Under the pieces are notes generated by a model that saw nothing but the letters and a program-made list of their open reading frames with translations, was not told the DNA's origin and did not search any database. A program made the translations under genes and the position numbers. From NCBI GenBank assembly GCA_963775465.1, contig CAVZIW010000003.1:1-64000 (forward strand): a stretch of 64,000 bases of DNA, read 5' to 3'. This DNA is from Candidatus Bathyarchaeota archaeon. GTDB lineage: Archaea > Thermoproteota > Bathyarchaeia > Bathyarchaeales > Bathycorpusculaceae. Below are positions 10,653 to 20,713 of this stretch, one piece after another. Position 1 is the stretch's first letter. Each line of letters opens with the position of its first letter.

Positions 10653-11039
10653 TTTTTCAACTCAGCCTGGATTGATAGCGTTACACATTTATGAGAGGAT
10701 AAATAAATATATTGAAATAATGTGGTTTAGTAAGCTAAGTTGTTTATTTTGTTGAGGATGCAAAGCTGTTTTTTATGGAACATAGTTTACTGATTACTTC
10801 CTTTTTACCTTGATGTGATCTAAATTTCAAGAAATGATTAGATATATCTAGACCTCATGCAAATCTTATTGTCTGTTAAATTTTCTCCATGTCTGCGAAT
10901 CAAATAACTTTTTTCCAATTCAAGTTGTTTTAAATCGAATCATATATTAGAAATAAATAAATGTTAAGTTGTACGTAACCTAATATTGAGTAATGATTCT
11001 ATGATTCATACTCAACTAAAAATAGCGAGAAAAATAAAA

Positions 11040-13604
11040 ATGCAAAAAAACATAAAAAGAAATTTAGTTATTTTGTTTGCTTTGACTCTAGTGATTACCA
11101 TTGCTATTCCGCTTGTTAATTTGCCAGAAGCGGATGCTCACACGCCACCATGGATATTCACAACGCAAGCGTACATTTCTGCAGCACCAAACCCAGTCGG
11201 AGTAGGCCAACAGGCACTCATCTATGTTTGGCTCCAATACACAATCCAAGGAGTAAACATCGCTAATGACATCAGATTCCGCGACTATCAATTAACCATC
11301 ACAAAACCTGACGGTAACACAGAAACAATAAACTGGCCAATAGTTGTTGACACAACATCATCTGCGTACACTCCATACACACCTGAACAAATAGGAGAAT
11401 ACACACTTACATTCAATTTCCCAGGCCAAACATTCGACTACGGAGGAGCCTACGATAACGATACATACACACCCAGCACTGCAACAATGACTTTAACAGT
11501 GCAACAAGACCCAATACCGAAACTTCCCGAAACTCCACTTCCAACTGAATACTGGAGTCGACCCATAAACGGGCAAAACCATGATTGGGACACTATTTCA
11601 TCAAACTGGCTAGGCGGTTCAGCTACTAATGACATCTGGCAGAAAAATGGAGCCGGACCAAGAAGCGCACACATCATGTGGGCCCAACCACTTGAATTTG
11701 GAGGTATGGTTGGCGGAGGCTTAAATCAGGTAGGAGGACGCGAAGAGGTCACGGATTTAACCTACTACTCTGGATTCTCATACAATACACGGTTTGGTTC
11801 TCCAATAATCATGAACGGAATACTCTACTACCGCTTACCAATGGGTGAACGAGGATCTGGCGGAGGAGTAGTTGCAGTTGACTTGCAGACTGGCGAAAAA
11901 CTATGGTCAAGTGACACAATAACACCATCCTTTGGACAACTCTACAACTTCCAGACACCCAACCAACACGGAGTCGTAGGTGCCATACTGTGGGAAACTT
12001 CTGGTTCAACATGGATTGGCTATAACCAATTCACGATGCAGAATATAATCAACCTGACACGCGTTCCATCAGGCACAGAAGAATATGGAAACGATGGTTC
12101 AATAGTTCGTTATGTGCTAAGTTACAATACGACTAGTCGTGAAGGCACACTAAAATTATGGAATAACACTGCAGCAATCACGAGTAACCAACAATTATAT
12201 GGAGGAGCAGCATGGCCCAATGGAAATCCTGTTTCAATAGATGCCAGCACTGACGATGCATATTCATGGAGCGTACCTATAACAGCTGACTTGAGAGGAT
12301 CTTCATCTCCAGCAATCGTTGGTACTATACCCGGAGAAATACTTCTAGGACGAAGCAGCTCTGTCACACTCACTTCGACACCGCGACCGAATGACGATCC
12401 TTGGACAATGTGGGCGATAAGTCTTAAACCTGAATCAAGAGGACACCTGCTGTGGATCAAAGACTACGCAGCTCCAGCAAATAACATTACCAGAATGCTA
12501 AAGTGGCAACCAATAGACCCAGTTAATCGTGCATGGTCTATGACCGACTTTGAAACCGGACAAGCAACTGCATATAGTATGGACACTGGCGATTTGATGT
12601 GGGGTCCATTAGGTGATCAACCAGGTTTCCAATACTATTCAACAAGAGAAGGTCAACCAGCTTATGGTAACCTTTACGTTGGAGGATACGGAGGCGTAGT
12701 TTTCTGCTATTCAATGGCTAACGGAACTCTACTTTGGACGTATGGAAATGGCGGAGAAGGAAATAGCACCAGCAGTGGAGACGAAACACCTTGGGGCAAC
12801 TACCCAACTCATTGTGCAGCTTTCGCTGATGGAATGGTCTTCACTATGTCTGGCGAACACTCACCAAATACACCACTATACAAAGGCTACAGAGCAAGAG
12901 CTATAGACGCTTTTACCGGCGCGGAAGTTTGGACACTTCTTGATTGGTCTGCCTCTGGATTAGGAACCTCATTAGCTCCAGTCGCTATCGCTGATGGCTA
13001 CATGTCATTCACCAACGCGTATGATGGTCGAGTATACACTGTCGGCAAAGGACCTACACAAATAACCGTTACAGCACCAGATACAGCATCACCTTTAGGC
13101 TCATCTATAACTATTAAAGGCACCATCATGGACATTTCCGCCGGCACGGAGCAAAAAGAGCAAGCTGCACGTTTCCCCAATGGAGTTGCTGCAGTTTCAG
13201 ATGCAAGCCAAACAGCATGGATGGAATACGTCTACATGCAACAACCACGCCCAATGGATACAACTGGTGTTCCAGTTGTGCTGAGTGTTGTTGACGCTAA
13301 CGGTAACTACCGAGAGATTGGTGAGACTATTAGCACTGATGGGTTCTACAGTTTGAACTGGAAACCTGACATTGAAGGGCAATACACGCTCTATGCTTCT
13401 TTTGGCGGCAGCGAATCCTACTGGCCATCGAATGCTATAACTGCTTTCAGCGTTGATCCTGCATCACCAACAACGGCCCCAACCGAAACACCACCACAGT
13501 CTGCAGCAGACATGTACTTTGCTCCTGCTGTGGCAGGCATAATCGTCGCTATCGCCATAGGCTTTGCTATAACAATACTGTTAGTTCTCAGAAGACGTCC
13601 ATAA
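11040..13604 (+). CDS. Large exported PQQ-like beta-propeller protein with signal peptide and C-terminal membrane anchor
   Basis: Signal peptide after MQKNIK; repeats AVDLQTGEKLW, YSMDTGDLMW, YSMANGTLLW, AIDAFTGAEVW; Pro/Thr linker, TM helix and RRRP tail. Confidence 0.8.
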   Translation: MQKNIKRNLVILFALTLVITIAIPLVNLPEADAHTPPWIFTTQAYISAAPNPVGVGQQALIYVWLQYTIQGVNIANDIRFRDYQLTITKPDGNTETINWPIVVDTTSSAYTPYTPEQIGEYTLTFNFPGQTFDYGGAYDNDTYTPSTATMTLTVQQDPIPKLPETPLPTEYWSRPINGQNHDWDTISSNWLGGSATNDIWQKNGAGPRSAHIMWAQPLEFGGMVGGGLNQVGGREEVTDLTYYSGFSYNTRFGSPIIMNGILYYRLPMGERGSGGGVVAVDLQTGEKLWSSDTITPSFGQLYNFQTPNQHGVVGAILWETSGSTWIGYNQFTMQNIINLTRVPSGTEEYGNDGSIVRYVLSYNTTSREGTLKLWNNTAAITSNQQLYGGAAWPNGNPVSIDASTDDAYSWSVPITADLRGSSSPAIVGTIPGEILLGRSSSVTLTSTPRPNDDPWTMWAISLKPESRGHLLWIKDYAAPANNITRMLKWQPIDPVNRAWSMTDFETGQATAYSMDTGDLMWGPLGDQPGFQYYSTREGQPAYGNLYVGGYGGVVFCYSMANGTLLWTYGNGGEGNSTSSGDETPWGNYPTHCAAFADGMVFTMSGEHSPNTPLYKGYRARAIDAFTGAEVWTLLDWSASGLGTSLAPVAIADGYMSFTNAYDGRVYTVGKGPTQITVTAPDTASPLGSSITIKGTIMDISAGTEQKEQAARFPNGVAAVSDASQTAWMEYVYMQQPRPMDTTGVPVVLSVVDANGNYREIGETISTDGFYSLNWKPDIEGQYTLYASFGGSESYWPSNAITAFSVDPASPTTAPTETPPQSAADMYFAPAVAGIIVAIAIGFAITILLVLRRRP

Positions 13605-13698
13605 GAAAACAAACAACACTCTTTTTTCTTTTTTTTATATCTGGTTTTACATCTTAATTTCTGGTTGGATACTTTTTTTGTTTAATTCAAGATGGAGG

Positions 13699-13968
13699 TT
13701 ATTCATCTTTTAGGATTATTGTAATTTTCTCAAGGGCAGAAGCACTGATTTTGCTTATTCCTCTCTTGCCTTGTTCATATGTTATGCTTACTAGTTCCCA
13801 GATCTTCCAGGGCTCTTACCTGTTCACTTATGTAGGGTTCACTTAGGTTCAGGTCTTTAGATAGTGTTGTGATATTTATAGGTGTATTTCTTGCTGATTT
13901 GAGAATTTTAAGAGTTGTAGAATTAAGTACATCAACCACTTCTAGTGCTTTTTCGCCCGCATAAACAT
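13699..13968 (-). pseudogene. ArsR-like winged-helix regulator, frameshifted (not in ORF track)
   Basis: Manual translation YVYAGEKALEVVDVLNSTTLKILK...NITTLSKDLNLSEPYISEQVRALEDLG, then after a 1-nt shift near 13796 LVSITYEQGKRGISKISASALEKITIILKDE*. No in-frame start. Confidence 0.7.
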
Positions 13969-14047
13969 ATCAAGTCTCAATATTACATACAAATATTTAA
14001 ACCGACAATTAGCCAGATGTAATAATAAAATACCCAACAGACTGTGA

Positions 14048-15337
14048 GTGAACGTTTTGCCTAAAGCTTATTGGGGAGAAATAAAAGACCCTGTACATGG
14101 CTACGTGTACATTACGAAGGCAGAAAAAGACGTAATCGACAGTTACCCAATGCAGAGACTGCGAAGGTTACGTCAGCTAGCGGGTTCGGAATACGTTTAT
14201 CCAGGCGCCAACCATACACGGTTTGAACACTGCCTAGGCGTTATGTATCTCGCAGGCAAAGTGTTGGAAAACCCACATATCTCACACCTGGTTAGCGACA
14301 AAGAAGTAGACATTTGTAGAATCGCGGCATTGCTACATGATGTTGGACATGGCCCTTTCTCGCATATTTTTGAAGGAATATTAATTAAAAATTTGGATAA
14401 AACCCACGAGGATCTAACTTCGTGGATAATTGAGAAAAGTGAAGTTGCTGACAAACTATCAAAATTAGGGTATGACCCTAATGAAATCGGCGAATTAGCT
14501 GTTGGAAAACTTCACAAGAAAGACCGCGCTTTTTTAGACCAAATAATCAGTAGTGCAGTAGACGTTGACAAGCAAGACTTCATCGTCAGAGACACATACC
14601 ATACAGGTGCAGAGTACGGTTTTATCGACGTTTTCCGGCTAATCCACGCACTAGATGTTTTAGGTGAAAACTTGGCTGTTGAACTTGGCGCCCTGTCAGC
14701 TTTGGAGGCAATAGTAATTGCCCGCATCGAATCTTTCAAAAGCATTTATTTCCATCGTGTCGGCAGAGCAGCTCAGATCATGTTGGCAACTGCCATGGAA
14801 AAAGCTAACCCAGAGCTCGGTTTGACGTCATTTAAAACACCTGAAGAATATATGGCACTGGATGACTACACGGTTTGGTCTGCATTGAAAAAATGCAAAG
14901 CATCACGCAACATAATCGCTAATTTGGAACAAAGACGGATGCTCAAATGCGCCTATGAGCGAACCTTCTATGAAAAAGACACAATGATGTCAAACCTTTT
15001 TGGCAGAGAATCGTACAGGCAACAAATTCAGAGCGAAATAGCCAAGGAAGCGGGTGTTGGAGTAGAATCTGTAGTTATCGATGTACCTACAGTTCCCTCA
15101 GTGCCATATCATCATGCAGTTTTGATGGAATCCATGGAAATCCCAGTTTTTTCGAGAACCCCAACAGGAAAAAAAATCCCCCAACGACTCAGCGAGAGCT
15201 CAAGAATAATTGAAACCCTCCAAGGCTTCATGAATATCTTACGAGTTTACACAGATGAAACTAAACGTGAAAAGATAGAGAAAGCAACAGCAAAGGTTTT
15301 AGGCAAAATTCCTTCTGTAACAAAAATATCATATTAG
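14048..15337 (+). CDS. HD-domain phosphohydrolase (SAMHD1/dNTPase-like, COG1078)
   Basis: IKDPVHG, QRLRRLRQL, HTRFEH, ALLHDVGHGPFSH, DVDKQDF. Confidence 0.9.
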   Translation: MNVLPKAYWGEIKDPVHGYVYITKAEKDVIDSYPMQRLRRLRQLAGSEYVYPGANHTRFEHCLGVMYLAGKVLENPHISHLVSDKEVDICRIAALLHDVGHGPFSHIFEGILIKNLDKTHEDLTSWIIEKSEVADKLSKLGYDPNEIGELAVGKLHKKDRAFLDQIISSAVDVDKQDFIVRDTYHTGAEYGFIDVFRLIHALDVLGENLAVELGALSALEAIVIARIESFKSIYFHRVGRAAQIMLATAMEKANPELGLTSFKTPEEYMALDDYTVWSALKKCKASRNIIANLEQRRMLKCAYERTFYEKDTMMSNLFGRESYRQQIQSEIAKEAGVGVESVVIDVPTVPSVPYHHAVLMESMEIPVFSRTPTGKKIPQRLSESSRIIETLQGFMNILRVYTDETKREKIEKATAKVLGKIPSVTKISY

Positions 15338-15415
15338 GGTTTGTTTTTCCACGCTGTTTCTTAAATACTAGTCCCTGCTTAAGGAGATAATTACCGCAGC
15401 TTTGAAGGGAACACC

Positions 15416-15961
15416 GTGTCGAAGGAAAATCAAGGTAATGCTGAAGACAAAAAAATCATAAATGTCAAAATCAAGAGAAAAACAGAAGAGCAAAAAACAG
15501 AACCGACCCTGCTTTTTTCGGAGAAAGAAATCCGCAAGTATGTTACCGAATTTGTGGCTTCATGGATAAGAGGTGATATTGTTATTCGTTTCCCAACCGC
15601 TGTGGAACTCGCTAAAAAAACGCCATTATCAATTGCTTTTCCAACTGATCCTTCAGTAAACGCAGAACTGAAAATCAAAGAACACTATGTTGATTTGTTG
15701 TCTGTGGTTGCTGGAATAAAACGTTCGTCAGCCCAAGAACTGGAACAAGCGGTTTCTGAAGTATTCAAGATGCTACTAATGTTTCGTAGCGCAAACCGTA
15801 TTGAAGGCAAAATAATTTCAAACGACATTGAAAAAAGAGTAGATGAACTTGAAAAAACCTCCAAAAACCAAAGTAAACTCATTGAACAGATTACTGCTCA
15901 TTTGTTTACCCCGAAAAAACCTAAAAAAATTAAGCCCCGCAACAAAAAGAGATCTATTTGA
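15416..15961 (+). CDS. Hypothetical protein with basic C-terminus
   Basis: 181 aa ORF, no recognisable motif. Confidence 0.55.
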   Translation: MSKENQGNAEDKKIINVKIKRKTEEQKTEPTLLFSEKEIRKYVTEFVASWIRGDIVIRFPTAVELAKKTPLSIAFPTDPSVNAELKIKEHYVDLLSVVAGIKRSSAQELEQAVSEVFKMLLMFRSANRIEGKIISNDIEKRVDELEKTSKNQSKLIEQITAHLFTPKKPKKIKPRNKKRSI

Positions 15962-16016
15962 AGGGTAAGGTTTATTCGAGGGAAATTGTATTCTGCTTGA
16001 TGCTTTCCGTATAAAC

Positions 16017-16091
16017 GCTCCGGTAGTATAGTCCGGTCAAGTATGCCGGCCTTTCGAGTCGGCGACCCGGGTCCAAATCCCGGCCGGAGCA
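16017..16091 (+). tRNA. tRNA-Glu (UUC)
   Basis: Acceptor stem GCTCCGG/CCGGAGC; anticodon arm CCGGC-CTTTCGA-GTCGG; T arm CCGGG-TCCAAAT-CCCGG. Confidence 0.95.
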
Positions 16092-16187
16092 CCTATCTTT
16101 TGATTTTAGTGAGGTAATATAGTTGCGATAGTTGCAGAAATCTAATACTCAAATAAGACATCCAAGCAATTTAGGCTTTTAGATTTT

Positions 16188-16406
16188 TCAAGGATGGGGT
16201 CCAACATGCGGTCCTAAATGAGTTTTTTCGGGGTGACCATGCATATGCTCCAAGTGTCTATCGAGTTCGCTATGAGTTTTGAAAGTTTTACCGCAAATAT
16301 TACAAACTAAAGGACTTGGTGCCATTCGGTCTATGGGTTCTTCAGGCACTGGAGGTGCTTTTGGTATGCTGGGTGATTCTTTTTCTTGCATAAGAGGAAC
16401 CTTCAA
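16188..16406 (-). CDS. Small C2H2 zinc-finger protein
   Basis: CNICGKTFKTHSELDRHLEHMH. Confidence 0.75.
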   Translation of the reverse strand: MKVPLMQEKESPSIPKAPPVPEEPIDRMAPSPLVCNICGKTFKTHSELDRHLEHMHGHPEKTHLGPHVGPHP

Positions 16407-16479
16407 AGATAAGCGAGTTTACGCTCTCTTAAACCTATGTTGTAGCGCATAAGCAGTAACAAACTTGATAGAGAAAGCA

Positions 16480-17112
16480 TTATGCTGGGGGAAGTTGTCG
16501 TCCACAGTGAGAACAGAATATTGCGTTTGCGTTTTGTGGTGCACCGCAATTGGGGCAGCAACGTGATGCTTGTAATGGTTGTACTGTCTGTGGAACCGTA
16601 TAGGTAGGAATTTTGATGGAGAAAAATGCAATGGTGGCAATTATCCAGGCCACAAAAATCAGCAAAAAGCCCACTAAAACTACAGTCATTATGGCTCCTA
16701 AGAACAATAGCAGTCCAGCAGTTTCAAACATGTGCTCACTTGATTTCTGTGCGAGAGTGTTGAAGGCTTTTCTCAGATTCATGGCGGCCAATATGTAAAA
16801 TATGAATACAACTGCAAGTATCGCCAAAAAAGAGATCAGACCAAAGCCTATTCCAAACGGTCCCAACGCAACTATGCTAAACATGCCACTGAACACGAAT
16901 ACAGGCGCTGCTACGGCAATTGCTGCTGCGGCAATGATCAGGAAAATGAAACCGCGAAGAGCGTCATGATAGATAGTGCTGTCTTTGTAGTAATCGGATA
17001 ATCCTTTGATGCCTACATAAACTAATATTACTCCAATGATGTTTACGAAAGGAAAAATTAACAATATCGAGCCAATGCCAGCCAAGGTCTTATCAGAGTC
17101 TAAGCTGCTCAT
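16480..17112 (-). CDS. DUF996-like membrane protein with C-terminal zinc ribbon
   Basis: LAGIGSIL...GIKGLSDYY...FETAGLLLFLGA; CPNCGA...FCSHCG. Confidence 0.75.
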   Translation of the reverse strand: MSSLDSDKTLAGIGSILLIFPFVNIIGVILVYVGIKGLSDYYKDSTIYHDALRGFIFLIIAAAAIAVAAPVFVFSGMFSIVALGPFGIGFGLISFLAILAVVFIFYILAAMNLRKAFNTLAQKSSEHMFETAGLLLFLGAIMTVVLVGFLLIFVAWIIATIAFFSIKIPTYTVPQTVQPLQASRCCPNCGAPQNANAIFCSHCGRQLPPA

Positions 17113-17305
17113 TTATTGTCCTCAATAGAAGCGCTCTATATTGAGGGGAAATAAAAAGTTTTGCAAATAAATTAAAGCTTGCCAATTAACTGCCGAGGAG
17201 GTTTTATAAAGAAAGAGAAGTCGATGATTAGAGACCGCGATTTCCATACACTCTTTACCTCATAGTAAATAAAACACAATTAACATTCAACGTTTAGGAA
17301 TAACT

Positions 17306-18838
17306 TTGACAAACAACATAGATTCAGCGTACAAACTACTTTTAGCTAAATTCAAAGAAGTGATTGTGCTTGCGACAACTGAAGGCGTAATCCACTGGGA
17401 CATGGAAACTTTCATGCCGCCCAAAGCAGTAGAACAACGTAGCGAGCAACTTGCATTACTTAGCCGCATCCATCACCAATTGGCAACGGAGCCCGAAATC
17501 GGAAAACTCCTCACCACGATTCAAAAAAGCCCAGAATACCAGAAGTTTGGGGAAGTGGAAAAACGCAACCTGTATCTAATCGAAAAAAACTATAAAGAAC
17601 AAACTGCTTTGCCGGAAAAATTGGTTTCTGACCTAGCCATGCAAGAAGCCCTAACGGTTAACACATGGAAAAAAGCAAAAGTTCAGAAAGATTATAGATT
17701 GTTCAAAACTGATTTACAAAAACTTTTAGATCTAAGTAAACAGACGGCAGAAATTCTTAAGGAAGTAAAGCAAACCAACACTCCTTATGAAGCCTTGATT
17801 GACAACTTTGAACCTAAAATTTCTGCTCAGAGAATAACTGAAACCTTCAATCAGTTACTTGGGGGGTTAAAACCATTGATTGCGAAGATTGAAGACGCCC
17901 AGACTGATCCATTAACAAAAAGCAGTAGTCTTTCTGTGCCAGTGGAAAATCAACGCGTCATAGCGCAGTTGATAACGCAAAAGCTAGGTTATGACACAGC
18001 CTCCGCTTTGGCATGTGGTAGAGTTGATGAGACCGAACATCCGTTTACTACGGGTTACTGTGATGATGTACGCATTACCACTCATTATTACCCAAACAAT
18101 TTTGCCAGCTCCATCTTTTCAGTACTGCACGAGACAGGACATGCACTCTACGAGAAAAACATCAATCGTCAATGGCAATACCAGCCTGTTGGATCCACAT
18201 GTTCTTTTGGCATTCATGAGTCCCAATCAAGATTCTACGAGAATATTATTGGACGTTCAAAAGAATTTTGGACGAGCTTCTTACCTGATATCAAGCTAGC
18301 GGCACCTAGTCTAGCAAACCTTGAATTAGATCAATTTCTCCACGCTATAAACAAAGTGCAAAGGTCAAAAATCAGAATTGAAGCTGATGAAGTTACCTAT
18401 AGCCTTCACATCATAATTCGTTTTGAGATTGAAAGAGATCTATTTGCCGAAAAAATCAAAATCAGCGAACTGCCTGATGTATGGAACCAAAAATACGCCG
18501 ATTACTTAGAGGTAAAGGTTGAGAATGATTCTGAAGGAGTTATGCAAGATACACATTGGGCAAGCGGTTTGTTTGGTTACTTCCCAAGCTACGCGCTAGG
18601 AAACATCTACAGCGGTCAAATAGCTGCAGCGATAACAAAAGAACTTCCTCAGTGGAAAACTCAGCTTGCAGATGGAAAACTTGAAGACGTTAACGACTGG
18701 CTTAGAAACAACATTCATGAAAAAGGCGATCTCTATAACCCAGAGGAATTAATCAGAAGAGTAACTGGAGAATCCTTGAATTCTGAACCGTACCTGCAGT
18801 ATCTCAACAAAAAATACGGCATACTTTATGGTTTTTAA
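17306..18838 (+). CDS. Carboxypeptidase, M32 family
   Basis: HPF, HETGH, HESQS, IRIEADE, GVMQDTHW, GYFPSY. Confidence 0.95.
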   Translation: MTNNIDSAYKLLLAKFKEVIVLATTEGVIHWDMETFMPPKAVEQRSEQLALLSRIHHQLATEPEIGKLLTTIQKSPEYQKFGEVEKRNLYLIEKNYKEQTALPEKLVSDLAMQEALTVNTWKKAKVQKDYRLFKTDLQKLLDLSKQTAEILKEVKQTNTPYEALIDNFEPKISAQRITETFNQLLGGLKPLIAKIEDAQTDPLTKSSSLSVPVENQRVIAQLITQKLGYDTASALACGRVDETEHPFTTGYCDDVRITTHYYPNNFASSIFSVLHETGHALYEKNINRQWQYQPVGSTCSFGIHESQSRFYENIIGRSKEFWTSFLPDIKLAAPSLANLELDQFLHAINKVQRSKIRIEADEVTYSLHIIIRFEIERDLFAEKIKISELPDVWNQKYADYLEVKVENDSEGVMQDTHWASGLFGYFPSYALGNIYSGQIAAAITKELPQWKTQLADGKLEDVNDWLRNNIHEKGDLYNPEELIRRVTGESLNSEPYLQYLNKKYGILYGF

Positions 18839-19017
18839 CAAGGCTGTTTCTTTGTTAGTTCCTTGTAAATATAGAGGATAAGGTAAGCTGCAATTGAGCC
18901 GATAAACAAGTAAACCCCACCATATCCAGCAAGTGCACTGTAAGTGTTGGCGCCATAAAGGAAAAGCAGAAACCCAGCGATAAATAAACCTAACAATGCC
19001 CAATCAGTGTAAGACAT
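18835..19017 (-). CDS. Small 2-TM membrane protein
   Basis: 60 aa with two hydrophobic helices; GGATGA upstream. Confidence 0.6.
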   Translation of the reverse strand: MSYTDWALLGLFIAGFLLFLYGANTYSALAGYGGVYLFIGSIAAYLILYIYKELTKKQPC

Positions 19018-19221
19018 TGAATCATCCTGCCAAGTTTAGGCATTCAATACATGCTTTAAATATAAAGATTTACCGCAAACAGCAGTCAAGCTACCGCCAA
19101 ATAAAATAGGTATGAAACGACAAATTATCGTAATAAAACCTTAGTCAACCTTAATCCATCAACACTTATCCGACATTCTTATATACATGCTCGCATACAG
19201 AGAGCGACCGAGGCAAATTAA

Positions 19222-20661
19222 ATGTCGAGATCAGACGTTAAAAAGCCAGAAACACGGAATGAACTTATTAAAATATTAACTGAAGCAGCAAAAAAAGAAG
19301 TTGACTCAAAAGGAAAACCTGCAAAACCGACAGTTGTAGGGACAGCCAAAGAAATGGATATTCATCGTGACACAATTTACAGTTGGCTAAAAGAGTTCAA
19401 TGTCGATTTCAAAGAAATAATTGATCATATATCGACAATTATTGACGAAGACACAGAAAATTCAGCACCAGCATTCTTAATCGGCGAATCTCTAGTGGGA
19501 GAAGGAAACGAAGTTGCACACATCGACCTGATGATAGGCGACAAAAATGGACCCATCGGTCAGGCATTTGCTACTGGAATGACAAGCTTGTCTGCAGGTC
19601 ATACACCTCTACTAGCAGTCATTAGACCTAATCTTCCGCCAAAACCTCATACATTAATTGTACCCAAAGTGACCGTCAAAAACATGGAAGACACAGGAAA
19701 AATTTTCGGTCCTGCCCAAGCTGCAGTCGCTAAAGCCATTGCTGACTCCGCAGAAGAAGGCATCATCCCAACTGACAAACTAGATGAGTGGGTCGTAATC
19801 TGCAGCGTCTTTATCCACCCTCAAGCAAAAGATTTCCGAAAAATCTACCAATACAACTACGGAGCAACAAAAATGGCCCTTCAACGCGCTCTTAAAATGT
19901 ATCCGTCACTTGAGAAAATAAACTATGACAAGGATCGCGCGAAACACCCAATAATGGGTTTCAAAGTCCCACGTCTCTGGCGTCCACCATACTTACAAAT
20001 TGCACTCGACGCTCCCTCAGTTGAAGGAGCAAAGAAAGTCCTCGAATCCCTTCCAGGCAGTGACAGAATCATTATCGAAGTTGGTACGCCCCTCATCAAA
20101 CGCTACGGTACAAGAGTAATCAGTGAACTACGTCAAGCAGCCAGAGACAAATTCATGATTGCCGACCTAAAAACCCTTGACGTAGGAAAAGTCGAAGCCG
20201 ACATTGCTTACGAAGACACCGCAGACGCAGTTGTAGCAGCGGGCTTAGCCCCACCAGAAACTCTTGACGCAACAGTACACGAAGCCAAACGTCTTGGAAT
20301 CTACGCAGTCATCGACATGTTAAATGTGGACGATGTAATGACTAAGCTAAAGTCACTTAAGGAATTTCCTGATATCGTCATCTTACATCGAGGCATTGAC
20401 CAAGAAAGCGGCAGAACCTGTGGACTTGAACGTATAAAACTAATAAGACAAACATTCCCAAACAAGAAATTCCTAATTGCAGTAGCAGGCGGCATAGTTC
20501 CAGAAACAGCCAAAGAAGCACTTGAGTTGGGCGCAGACATACTAATCGTTGGCAGATACGTTACTCAAAGCAGAGACATCGAACGAGCAGTCCGAGACTT
20601 CCTTGAACTAACACCAAGCATGCGTGAAGACATCGACTTATTCCGCGTCCACACAGAATAA
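19222..20661 (+). CDS. fae-hps: Bifunctional formaldehyde-activating enzyme / 3-hexulose-6-phosphate synthase with extra N-terminal HTH
   Basis: Fae: IGESLVGEGNEVAHIDL, FGPAQAAVAKA, YNYGAT. Hps: LQIALD, EVGTPL, ADLKTLD, LHRGID, AVAGGI, IVGR. Confidence 0.92.
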   Translation: MSRSDVKKPETRNELIKILTEAAKKEVDSKGKPAKPTVVGTAKEMDIHRDTIYSWLKEFNVDFKEIIDHISTIIDEDTENSAPAFLIGESLVGEGNEVAHIDLMIGDKNGPIGQAFATGMTSLSAGHTPLLAVIRPNLPPKPHTLIVPKVTVKNMEDTGKIFGPAQAAVAKAIADSAEEGIIPTDKLDEWVVICSVFIHPQAKDFRKIYQYNYGATKMALQRALKMYPSLEKINYDKDRAKHPIMGFKVPRLWRPPYLQIALDAPSVEGAKKVLESLPGSDRIIIEVGTPLIKRYGTRVISELRQAARDKFMIADLKTLDVGKVEADIAYEDTADAVVAAGLAPPETLDATVHEAKRLGIYAVIDMLNVDDVMTKLKSLKEFPDIVILHRGIDQESGRTCGLERIKLIRQTFPNKKFLIAVAGGIVPETAKEALELGADILIVGRYVTQSRDIERAVRDFLELTPSMREDIDLFRVHTE

Positions 20662-20713
20662 AATAAAAGCAAAACTAAATTCCACCAATATTTTTTCTCT
20701 TCTTTCTACTTTT

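Noticed and set aside
15898-16092. 64-aa ORF on the minus strand
   Set aside because: Antisense shadow of tRNA-Glu.
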